A DNA stretch of 64,000 nucleotides from Phorcysia thermohydrogeniphila (GTDB taxonomy: Bacteria > Aquificota > Aquificia > Desulfurobacteriales > Desulfurobacteriaceae): NCBI RefSeq assembly GCF_004339575.1, contig NZ_SMFV01000001.1, positions 175,119 through 239,118 on the forward strand, in the 5' to 3' direction. The notes beneath the pieces are model-generated. The model ran no database searches. It was not told where the DNA came from and saw only the letters and a program-made list of their open reading frames with translations. Below, one piece after another: positions 56,983-64,000 of the stretch. The first letter of the stretch is position 1. Each line of letters begins with the position of its first letter. The position numbers and the translations under genes are program-made.

Positions 56983-57692
56983 CTTCCAGCTCCCTCAAGT
57001 TCTTTCTTTATCCCTGAAAGTAGAACCACAAGTTCCTTTGAGGTAATAGCTTCTCTATCAATAGTTTTGAGCAGCTCGTTTCTATCACTTTCCCTTAGAC
57101 AGTTTGCCATAACGATGAGTTCGCTCTTCACCATGTTGGCGTTTATCTCTTTTGCAAGCTTTATGGCAGATTCAAGGGAAGTAAGAACAGAAGCTAAATT
57201 AGCAGAAGATGTAGAAGTTTTTGGCTGTTCTTTTTGTGCTAAGAGTAGTGACTGCAAGTCGTTCCTTATTATGAGGAGGTTATCTTTAATCTGAGTAAGT
57301 AAAGAGTTATCTACTGCTGGTAGGGAGATATCAAACTCCTTTAGTATTTCCACCGACCTTTCAAGAGCTTGACGGCTACTGCCAGTAATTCCAACGTTCT
57401 CCATTTCATTTTTAAGGTTCTCAAGTTCCGTCTGGAGCTCACCGAGCCTATCCCTAACTTCGTCTATGCTCTCTCGGGTTAAAACTCCCACCTTTGCTTT
57501 GAGCTCGTTTATGATATTCTCCACAGCATCTGCCAAAGTTTCAAGCTTAAGAGTCCTTTTGTCTGGCTCAGATTCTACTTTTTCTTCCTTTTTACCTGTA
57601 AACTTCGCTATAAATAGGCCTACAATAATACCTAAAGCTCCAAAAACAGCAGCTACTACCGCCGTTACTACTCCTACATCCATGAGTTTCAC
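56979..57692 (-). CDS. Membrane-anchored coiled-coil protein
   Basis: N-terminal TM (VVTAVVAAVFGALGIIVGLFIA), then heptad-rich sequence. 4-nt overlap with the REC gene. Confidence 0.45.
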   Translation of the reverse strand: MKLMDVGVVTAVVAAVFGALGIIVGLFIAKFTGKKEEKVESEPDKRTLKLETLADAVENIINELKAKVGVLTRESIDEVRDRLGELQTELENLKNEMENVGITGSSRQALERSVEILKEFDISLPAVDNSLLTQIKDNLLIIRNDLQSLLLAQKEQPKTSTSSANLASVLTSLESAIKLAKEINANMVKSELIVMANCLRESDRNELLKTIDREAITSKELVVLLSGIKKELEGAGR

Positions 57693-57703
57693 CTTCCTAA
57701 GTT

Positions 57704-58273
57704 TTAAGATTCCAGTATAAGTATATCGTAAATTCTACTAATTGGTAAACCCATAACGTTAAAAAAGTCTCCATCTATGCGCTCAATTAGGAGAGCTCCT
57801 ATCCCCTGAATCCCGTAAGCTCCCGCTTTATCAAGGGGCTCTCCCGTAGAAACGTACCACTCTATCTCTTCAGGACTAAGTCTTTTAAACTTAACTCTAC
57901 TCTCCTCAAAAGAGCTAATCAGCTTTCCGTTAGGGAAAAGAAGAGCAAATCCTGTAATAACTGTATGCCACCTGCCAGAAAGTCTTTTTAGGTACTCTAC
58001 CGCTTCCTCTTTACTTTCAGGCTTTCCGAGTATTTCATCCCCAAGAACAACAATCGTATCGGCAGAAAGGGCAACCTCTCCATCTTTTAACTCGTTCTTT
58101 ACGCTCAGAACTTTCTGTTCAGCGTTCTTTACGGCTGTTTCAACTGGAGTTGAGTAGAGTTTCTCTTCTGCTTTTGCCCTTACTACCCTAAAGTTCACCC
58201 CTACCATTGAAAGGATTTCTCTTCTCCTTGGGGAGGAAGAGGCAAGGAGTATATTAAGGTCCGTTAGCCTCAT
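57704..58273 (-). CDS. maf: Maf-like nucleoside-triphosphate pyrophosphatase
   Basis: ILLASSSPRRREIL N-terminus and a Maf fold. Confidence 0.85.
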   Translation of the reverse strand: MRLTDLNILLASSSPRRREILSMVGVNFRVVRAKAEEKLYSTPVETAVKNAEQKVLSVKNELKDGEVALSADTIVVLGDEILGKPESKEEAVEYLKRLSGRWHTVITGFALLFPNGKLISSFEESRVKFKRLSPEEIEWYVSTGEPLDKAGAYGIQGIGALLIERIDGDFFNVMGLPISRIYDILILES

Positions 58274-58961
58274 TAATTACCCCCAGAGCTTTGAGCATCT
58301 CTTTAGCAGCCTGCTGTTCAGCACTTTTCTTGGATTTCCCGGAGGCAACGGTTCTGAGCTCCTTCACCCTACACTCAACTGTAAAGGTCTTGTCGTGCTC
58401 CGGTCCTTCAGACTTAATAAGAGCGTAGGAAGGAATAACCTTAAACTCTCTCTGGGTTATCTCCTGAAGGTAGCTCTTAAAGTCCTTGTAGGTTACGGCG
58501 CTCTCTAAAATTTCCCACATTTTTTTTAAAAAGCGCTCTAAGAACACTCTCCTTGCTTCGTAAAAACCACCGTCAAGGTATATTGCCCCAAAGAGGGACT
58601 CAAAAACATCACAGAGGAGGGAGGACTTTTTCCTCCCCCCAGAAAGTCTTTCTCCCTTTCCCAAAAGGAGGTAGTTGCCAAGGTCTACAGTTTTTGCAAG
58701 CTCAGAAAGAGAGGATTCACTAACAAGGTAGGCCCTTATCTGGGAGAGCTCCCCTTCAGACTTATCTGGAAATCTCTTTATGAGCTCCTCACTGACAATA
58801 AGGCCGATAACAGCATCACCTAAGAACTCAAGGACTTCGTAGTTTTCTTTCGTGTCCTTCTCAAAGGCAAAGGAGCGGTGGGTAAGGGCTTTAAGGAGGA
58901 GCTCCCTATTCCTAAACCTGTAACCTATCTTCTCCTCAAGCTCTTTGAGCCTGTGGTTCAA
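58254..58961 (-). CDS. rnc: Ribonuclease III
   Basis: RNase III signature (HRSFA...NYEVLEFLGDAV) plus a C-terminal dsRBD. Confidence 0.9.
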   Translation of the reverse strand: MNHRLKELEEKIGYRFRNRELLLKALTHRSFAFEKDTKENYEVLEFLGDAVIGLIVSEELIKRFPDKSEGELSQIRAYLVSESSLSELAKTVDLGNYLLLGKGERLSGGRKKSSLLCDVFESLFGAIYLDGGFYEARRVFLERFLKKMWEILESAVTYKDFKSYLQEITQREFKVIPSYALIKSEGPEHDKTFTVECRVKELRTVASGKSKKSAEQQAAKEMLKALGVINEANGP

Positions 58962-58972
58962 GCCAAACCCCG

Positions 58973-60205
58973 TTAAACTTTCTTTAAGACAAGGCAGGCG
59001 TTCGTTCCACCAAATCCAAAGGAGTTCTTGAGAACGTACTTAACGTCCATCTCAATAGCCTCGTTAGGAACGTAGTCAAGGTCACACTCAGGGTCTGGCT
59101 CCTCGTAGTTTATCGTAGGTGGGATAATTCCCGTTTTAAGGGTCATAACAGCTGCTATAGTCTCTACGCCTCCGGCAGCTCCTAAAAGGTGTCCTATCAT
59201 TGACTTAATACTGCTCACTTTGAGCTTGTAGGCATGGTCTCCAAAGACCGTTTTTATAGCCATCGTTTCATAGAGGTCGTTGAACTTAGTAGAAGTTCCG
59301 TGGGCGTTCACGTAGTCAATGTCCTCAGGGGATACTCCTGCATCCTTCAGAGCGTTCCTTATAGCTCTTGCAGCTCCCTCTCCGCCGGGAGCTGGAGCAG
59401 TCATGTGGTAGGCGTCACCGCTCGTTCCGTAACCAACTACCTCTGCAAGTATCTCTGCTCCCCTCTTCTTCGCGTGCTCGTACTCCTCAAGAACGACGAT
59501 TCCAGCACCTTCTCCCATTACGAAACCGTCCCTGTTCTTCTCAAAAGGCCTGCTTGCCTTTTCAGGCTCATCGTTTCTTGTTGAGAGAGCTCTTGCTGCT
59601 GCAAAACTGGCAATACCTAAGGGGGTAATTGCACTCTCTGCTCCACCAGCAATCATTACATCTGCATCGCCGTAGAGAATTGTCCTGTAAGCCTCTCCAA
59701 TTGCGTGAGTTCCGGTAGCACAGGCAGTAACAACTGAAATGTTAGGCCCTTTAAAGCCAAACCTTATTGAAACAAGGCCTGAGGCCATGTTGATAATCTC
59801 CATAGGAACACAGTAGGGAGAAACTCTCTTTGGCCCTTTTTCAAGGAGAACAGAGTGCTGAGTCTCTATGGTATGAATTCCTCCAATTCCAGAACCGATA
59901 AGGACTCCAACTCTTTCGGGGTCAATATTTGAATCCTCAAGGCCGGCGCTCTTCACCGCCTGAACGGCAGCTCCCATAGCAAACTGAATAAAGGGGTCGG
60001 TTTTCCTTACATCCTTTTTCTCAAAGTAATCAAGCGGGTTAAAATCCTTTACCTCTGCAGCAATCTGAACGGGAAAATTAGAAACGTCAAATTTTGTAAC
60101 CTTAGAGACCGCAGACTTACCAGAAGTTATGTTCTCCCAGAACTTCTTCAGGTTACTTCCCGCAGGTGAAACAACGCCCAGTCCCGTAATTACAACTCTC
60201 CTCAT
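58973..60205 (-). CDS. fabF: 3-oxoacyl-ACP synthase II
   Basis: KAS II blocks with active-site Cys (VVTACATG) and the His-His pair (YVNAHGTST; IGHLLGAAG). Confidence 0.9.
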   Translation of the reverse strand: MRRVVITGLGVVSPAGSNLKKFWENITSGKSAVSKVTKFDVSNFPVQIAAEVKDFNPLDYFEKKDVRKTDPFIQFAMGAAVQAVKSAGLEDSNIDPERVGVLIGSGIGGIHTIETQHSVLLEKGPKRVSPYCVPMEIINMASGLVSIRFGFKGPNISVVTACATGTHAIGEAYRTILYGDADVMIAGGAESAITPLGIASFAAARALSTRNDEPEKASRPFEKNRDGFVMGEGAGIVVLEEYEHAKKRGAEILAEVVGYGTSGDAYHMTAPAPGGEGAARAIRNALKDAGVSPEDIDYVNAHGTSTKFNDLYETMAIKTVFGDHAYKLKVSSIKSMIGHLLGAAGGVETIAAVMTLKTGIIPPTINYEEPDPECDLDYVPNEAIEMDVKYVLKNSFGFGGTNACLVLKKV

Positions 60206-60304
60206 TACCCGACTCCCGTTAGATTTTTAGCAAATTATAAACTTTTGGCTGCTTTAATGGTATAACTTTTAAGCTCGCAATAGACTCCTTAGTAGGAGGA
60301 GAGA

Positions 60305-62482
60305 ATGTATACAACTACTGAAGAGAGGGAGCTCCTACAGCTAACCGATGAACTCCTAAAGCAGGTAGAAGGTAAAGATAAAGAATACTGGAAAAATCTA
60401 TCCCTACAGGAAGCTAAGGAATTAGCTGAAAAGCTGAGGAATGTTATTAGATACCACGACTTTAAATACTACGTTCAGGCAAATCCCGTTATTTCAGACT
60501 ACCAGTACGACAAGCTCTTCCACGCTTTAGAGGCTATTGAGGAGGCACACCCTGAAGTAGTTACTCCCGACTCTCCTACACAGAGGATATCCCCCGCTTT
60601 TACAGGCGAGTTTGAGAAAGTAAAACACTTAGCAGAAATGACGTCCTTAGAGAACACCTACTCACCGGAGGATTTAAGGGAGTGGGACAGGAAAGTCAAG
60701 CAGCTCCTTGGGAAAGAGGATGTGGAGTACATCGTTGAGCCAAAGTTTGACGGCGCAAGCGTTGAGCTGGTCTATGAGGACGACGTTCTGAAAAGGGGCG
60801 TAACGAGAGGAGATGGCTTTGTGGGCGAAGACATAAGCGTAAACGTAAGAACTATCAGAACTATTCCCCTCAGAGCTCCCTTTTCCAAGTTCGGTATAAA
60901 AGTAGTCTCAATAAGAGCAGAAGTGATAATGCCTAAAAGCGTCTTTAGAAGGCTCAACAGGGAAAGGGAAGAAAAAGGCCTTCCACTCTTTGCAAACCCA
61001 AGAAATGCGGCGGCAGGAACTTTGAGGTTAAAGAACCCCACTGAAGTATCAAAGAGAGGCCTTGACTGCTACGCCTATCAAATCCTCTACTCTGAACCAA
61101 AAGAACTGTGCAACGATCTAAAAACCCAAAAACAGGTTCTTGAAATCCTTTCAGAGTGCGGCTTCAAAACTCCCCACATTCAGAAGGTCTGTAAGAACAT
61201 TGAAGAAGTAATAGAAACCGTCTTAAAGGCTCAGGAAGAGCGCGAAACTTGGGACTTTGAAGCCGACGGAATGGTCGTTAAGGTAAACAACATCTGTGAC
61301 TGGGAAAAGCTCGGCGAAACGATGCACCACCCAAGGTGGGCAGTGGCCTACAAGTTTCCGGCTAAGCAGGCAGTAACGAAACTCCTTGACGTCGTTTGGC
61401 AGGTTGGAAGGACGGGAGCTCTAACCCCGGTCGCAATCTTAGAACCCGTTGAAGTCGGCGGTGTAATCGTTTCAAGGGCGTCCCTCTTTAACCCAGACCT
61501 CATAAGGCAGAAGGACATAAGAATTGGGGACTACGTTTTAGTTGAAAGGGCAGGGGAAACAATTCCCTACATAGTTGCCCCCGTTAAGGAGAGGAGAACT
61601 GGCGAGGAAAAACCAATAACCGTTCCAGAGCACTGTCCGGTATGTGGAGCTCCAATCGTCAGAGAACTTGACGAAGCAGTTCCACGGTGTCCAAACATCA
61701 ACTGTCCTGCCCAGTTAAAAGAACACCTTATCTACTGGGGTAAAGTCTTAGACATAAGAGGCTTAGGAGAGTCTACGGCCAACATCCTCCTCAAAAAGAA
61801 ACTCGTTAGCTCAATAGCCGACCTCTACTACCTGAGAAAGAGGATGCTGGAACTTTTAAGGCTTCCCGGTTGGGGTTCTAAAAAGACGGAGAACCTCCTC
61901 AAAGAAATAGAGAAGTCAAAAGGAGCTCCCTTCTGGAAGAAGCTCACCGCCCTCGGAATAAGGCACGTAGGAGAAAAGACTGCTCAGCTACTTGCGCAAA
62001 AGTTTAAAGACATAGAAGAGCTAAAAAACGCAACCTTTATAGAGCTTGCAGGCATCCCCGGAATAGGCCCTGTTACAGCCACAAGCATCAAGAACTTCTT
62101 CGCGGCAGAACAGAACGTAGAGATGATAAAGAAACTTGAGGAGGCAGGATTTTTATTCAGGAGAACAGAAGAAGAGGAAAAGGAAAGAGAACTTCCCAAA
62201 CCCCTTGAAGGCCAGAGGGTAGTCTTCACTGGAGAGCTTGAACACTTTACAAGAAAAGAGGCTCAACGTATAATAGAACTGCTCGGAGGTAACCCTACAA
62301 ACTCCGTTACGAGGAAAACCAGCTTCATCGTTGTCGGGAAAAACCCCGGCTCAAAGTACCAGAAAGCTCAGAAACTCGGCGTAAAGATGTTAAACGAGGC
62401 GGAGTTCATAGAGCTCCTTAAAAGATTTTCTGCCCAAAACGAGGAAGTTAAAGAAATCCTTAAGGAGAAGGGAATTCTGTAA
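60305..62482 (+). CDS. ligA: NAD-dependent DNA ligase
   Basis: KxDG adenylation motif (EPKFDGAS), Zn finger CPVCG...CPNINCPAQ, HhH and a C-terminal BRCT. Confidence 0.95.
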   Translation: MYTTTEERELLQLTDELLKQVEGKDKEYWKNLSLQEAKELAEKLRNVIRYHDFKYYVQANPVISDYQYDKLFHALEAIEEAHPEVVTPDSPTQRISPAFTGEFEKVKHLAEMTSLENTYSPEDLREWDRKVKQLLGKEDVEYIVEPKFDGASVELVYEDDVLKRGVTRGDGFVGEDISVNVRTIRTIPLRAPFSKFGIKVVSIRAEVIMPKSVFRRLNREREEKGLPLFANPRNAAAGTLRLKNPTEVSKRGLDCYAYQILYSEPKELCNDLKTQKQVLEILSECGFKTPHIQKVCKNIEEVIETVLKAQEERETWDFEADGMVVKVNNICDWEKLGETMHHPRWAVAYKFPAKQAVTKLLDVVWQVGRTGALTPVAILEPVEVGGVIVSRASLFNPDLIRQKDIRIGDYVLVERAGETIPYIVAPVKERRTGEEKPITVPEHCPVCGAPIVRELDEAVPRCPNINCPAQLKEHLIYWGKVLDIRGLGESTANILLKKKLVSSIADLYYLRKRMLELLRLPGWGSKKTENLLKEIEKSKGAPFWKKLTALGIRHVGEKTAQLLAQKFKDIEELKNATFIELAGIPGIGPVTATSIKNFFAAEQNVEMIKKLEEAGFLFRRTEEEEKERELPKPLEGQRVVFTGELEHFTRKEAQRIIELLGGNPTNSVTRKTSFIVVGKNPGSKYQKAQKLGVKMLNEAEFIELLKRFSAQNEEVKEILKEKGIL

Positions 62483-62604
62483 TGGGTGAGGAGAAGTACC
62501 AAAAGATTATAAACATAATGGGGACTGCAATTGCAGTCCTCGTTATCCTTTTCATACTCCTTTCCTTCTACCTCTTTATGTTTACGGAGCTCCTTTCAAG
62601 GTAA
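62482..62604 (+). CDS. Candidate 40-aa single-TM small protein translationally coupled to ligA
   Basis: ATG overlaps the ligA stop (TAATG). MGEEKYQKIINIMGTAIAVLVILFILLSFYLFMFTELLSR. Overlaps the 3' end of convergent tolC by 23 nt. Below the ORF-track length cutoff. Confidence 0.3.
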   Translation: MGEEKYQKIINIMGTAIAVLVILFILLSFYLFMFTELLSR

Positions 62605-63874
62605 CGCCTGTAGCGTACTCAAGCTCTGCAAGAGCTCTGTTATAGTCAGCAAGAGCAGAGTTTAGGAATCCTTCTGCCCTTGCAAGGTAGGCTATGGCGT
62701 CAACAACTTCTGTAGAAGTACCAACGTGTTCCCTGTAACGTTCCCTTGAAGTTTTGAGGAGCTCCTTCGCATCCTCTACCATCGCCTCTGCCGCCTCTAC
62801 TCGCGCTTTTGCTGCCTTCAAGGAAGAAAGAGCAGCAACAACCTGAAGTCTTACAGCGTGCTTAGTCTCTTCAAGAGAAAGCTCTACCTGCCTCTTCTTA
62901 CTCTTTGCTTCTTTTAACTTCCAGAAGCGCTTTCCTCCCTGAAAAATCGGGAAGTTAACCAAAACACTAACAGCAGAAGCATCAAAAGTTCCTATTCCGG
63001 GGTACTGGTCAGTTCTATCATAGGAGAAACTAAGGAAAACGGCAGGCAAGAACTGGGAATAGGTAAGCTTAACGCCGTAATCTGCTCCCTTTTTGGTAGC
63101 TTGAAGAGCCTTTATAATTGGCCTGTTCTCAAGGGCTAAGTCTATAAGCTCTTCTTCAGACAGCTTAACTGGAACGTAATCAAGCTTTTCTCCATCTAGA
63201 GGGATATTCTCCAAAGAGTAACCAGTATCCTTTTTTAACTTCTCTAACGTTTTCCTGTAGGCACTTTTCGCTCTCTCAAGGTTCTCCTCTGCCTCCTTCA
63301 CCTTAAAGGCAGCTTCCAGTAAATCTCTGCGTGGAACAACTCCTTCGTCGTAGAAGGCTTTAACCGTTTTATAGTGCTCCTTAGCAGATTCTAAGATCTT
63401 CTCAGCTATCTCTACAGCAGACTTTGCTTCAAGGAGCGAGTAGTAATCCTTTTTTACTTCCGTTAAAACTTTTAGCACGGTTTCTTTAAACCTATAAAAG
63501 GTAGCAGTTTTAAGCTCCTTTCTGAGCTTAACACCAAAAGAAAGCCTCCCGCCAGTAAAAAGAGGTTGCCTGAGACTCAGCTTAAACTCGTAAAAGCTGC
63601 TTTCCAGTATCTCAAAGCGTGTCGCGGGAAGGCCGGGAAAGGCCATTGAGTACCCGGGAACGTCAGAAAGAGAAGTTCTCGTGTACTGGAGGCTAATATC
63701 CGGAAGGAAGTTTGCAATGGCCTCCCTGTACTGGAGCTCCGAGATTCTCTCCTCTTCCAGAGCTCTCTTTATTTCAGGATTGTTCTCAAGAGCAGCTTTA
63801 ACGATAGTAGAAAGAGTATCTGCCTTCACCGTAAAGGGTACCAAGAAAGCCAGTAAAAACGCTAAAAACCTCAA
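62582..63874 (-). CDS. tolC: TolC-family outer membrane efflux protein
   Basis: TTG start. Signal peptide MRFLAFLLAFLVPFTVKA. Two OEP-type alpha/beta repeats with coiled-coil helices. Confidence 0.8.
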   Translation of the reverse strand: MRFLAFLLAFLVPFTVKADTLSTIVKAALENNPEIKRALEEERISELQYREAIANFLPDISLQYTRTSLSDVPGYSMAFPGLPATRFEILESSFYEFKLSLRQPLFTGGRLSFGVKLRKELKTATFYRFKETVLKVLTEVKKDYYSLLEAKSAVEIAEKILESAKEHYKTVKAFYDEGVVPRRDLLEAAFKVKEAEENLERAKSAYRKTLEKLKKDTGYSLENIPLDGEKLDYVPVKLSEEELIDLALENRPIIKALQATKKGADYGVKLTYSQFLPAVFLSFSYDRTDQYPGIGTFDASAVSVLVNFPIFQGGKRFWKLKEAKSKKRQVELSLEETKHAVRLQVVAALSSLKAAKARVEAAEAMVEDAKELLKTSRERYREHVGTSTEVVDAIAYLARAEGFLNSALADYNRALAELEYATGVTLKGAP

Positions 63875-64000
63875 CTTTTAACTCCCTCAAAGGTTTTACC
63901 TATTAAAAGAGCAGGTATCAACGTCAGGATACCGCAAATAGTCGCAAAGAAGAATGCATCTCCAAAGGAGTGCCAGTAGGCAGCTTTTTGGAAAAGCATA
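63871..64000 (-). CDS. 3' end of an upstream membrane-protein gene (possible efflux-pump component), or a 42-aa mini-protein if the ATG at 63999 is the start
   Basis: Open frame ...LFQKAAYWHSFGDAFFFATICGILTLIPALLIGKTFEGVKS* running in from the window edge. TGA overlaps the TolC TTG start by 2 nt (translational coupling). Confidence 0.35.
   Translation of the reverse strand, partial: MLFQKAAYWHSFGDAFFFATICGILTLIPALLIGKTFEGVKS

Noticed and set aside
1-64000. tRNA/rRNA genes in intergenic gaps (9414-9605, 37075-37253, 49081-49266, 60206-60304 and others)
   Set aside because: No cloverleaf-compatible sequence or GGTTCGAAT-like T-arm was seen. Gaps are promoter/terminator-like.

Overview
The window is a gene-dense chromosomal segment, probably from a thermophilic Aquificota-like bacterium. 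That taxonomic call is an inference from K/E-rich proteins, the hyp genes and the metV-metF pair; nothing was searched. About 65 CDS are called, almost all housekeeping. A co-directional, translationally coupled string runs from 329 to 9413 (surA-like, metV, metF, uppS, cdsA, hypE, UPF0014 permease, hypD, PilZ-HDOD protein, NifX-like). Other content includes the envelope/export genes bamA, secDF, lptFG, lolA, tolC and exbB/exbD/tonB. The second half carries lipid/isoprenoid and nucleic-acid housekeeping genes (lpxA, fabZ, ispF, fabF, rnc, maf, ligA, truA, rsmA), an fdhF-like formate dehydrogenase, and a phoH-pgpH-dgkA operon. No rRNA or tRNA gene was recognised. Two accessory elements stand out. 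The first is an orphan CRISPR mini-array at 26.85-27.4 kb, with a 35-nt repeat ending ...AAGGGATTGCGAC on the minus strand and no cas genes in the window. The second is an AT-rich two-gene cassette at 46.5-48.4 kb between truA and lolA, encoding an OLD/AAA_21-type ABC ATPase and a small nuclease-like partner. It looks like a horizontally acquired, uncharacterised AbiL/split-OLD-like antiphage module. Smaller oddities: BamA's signal peptide lies upstream of any canonical start codon, a perfect palindromic operator overlaps the peroxiredoxin promoter, a c-di-GMP (PilZ-HDOD) protein sits inside the hydrogenase-maturation operon, and there are two coupled mini-ORFs.
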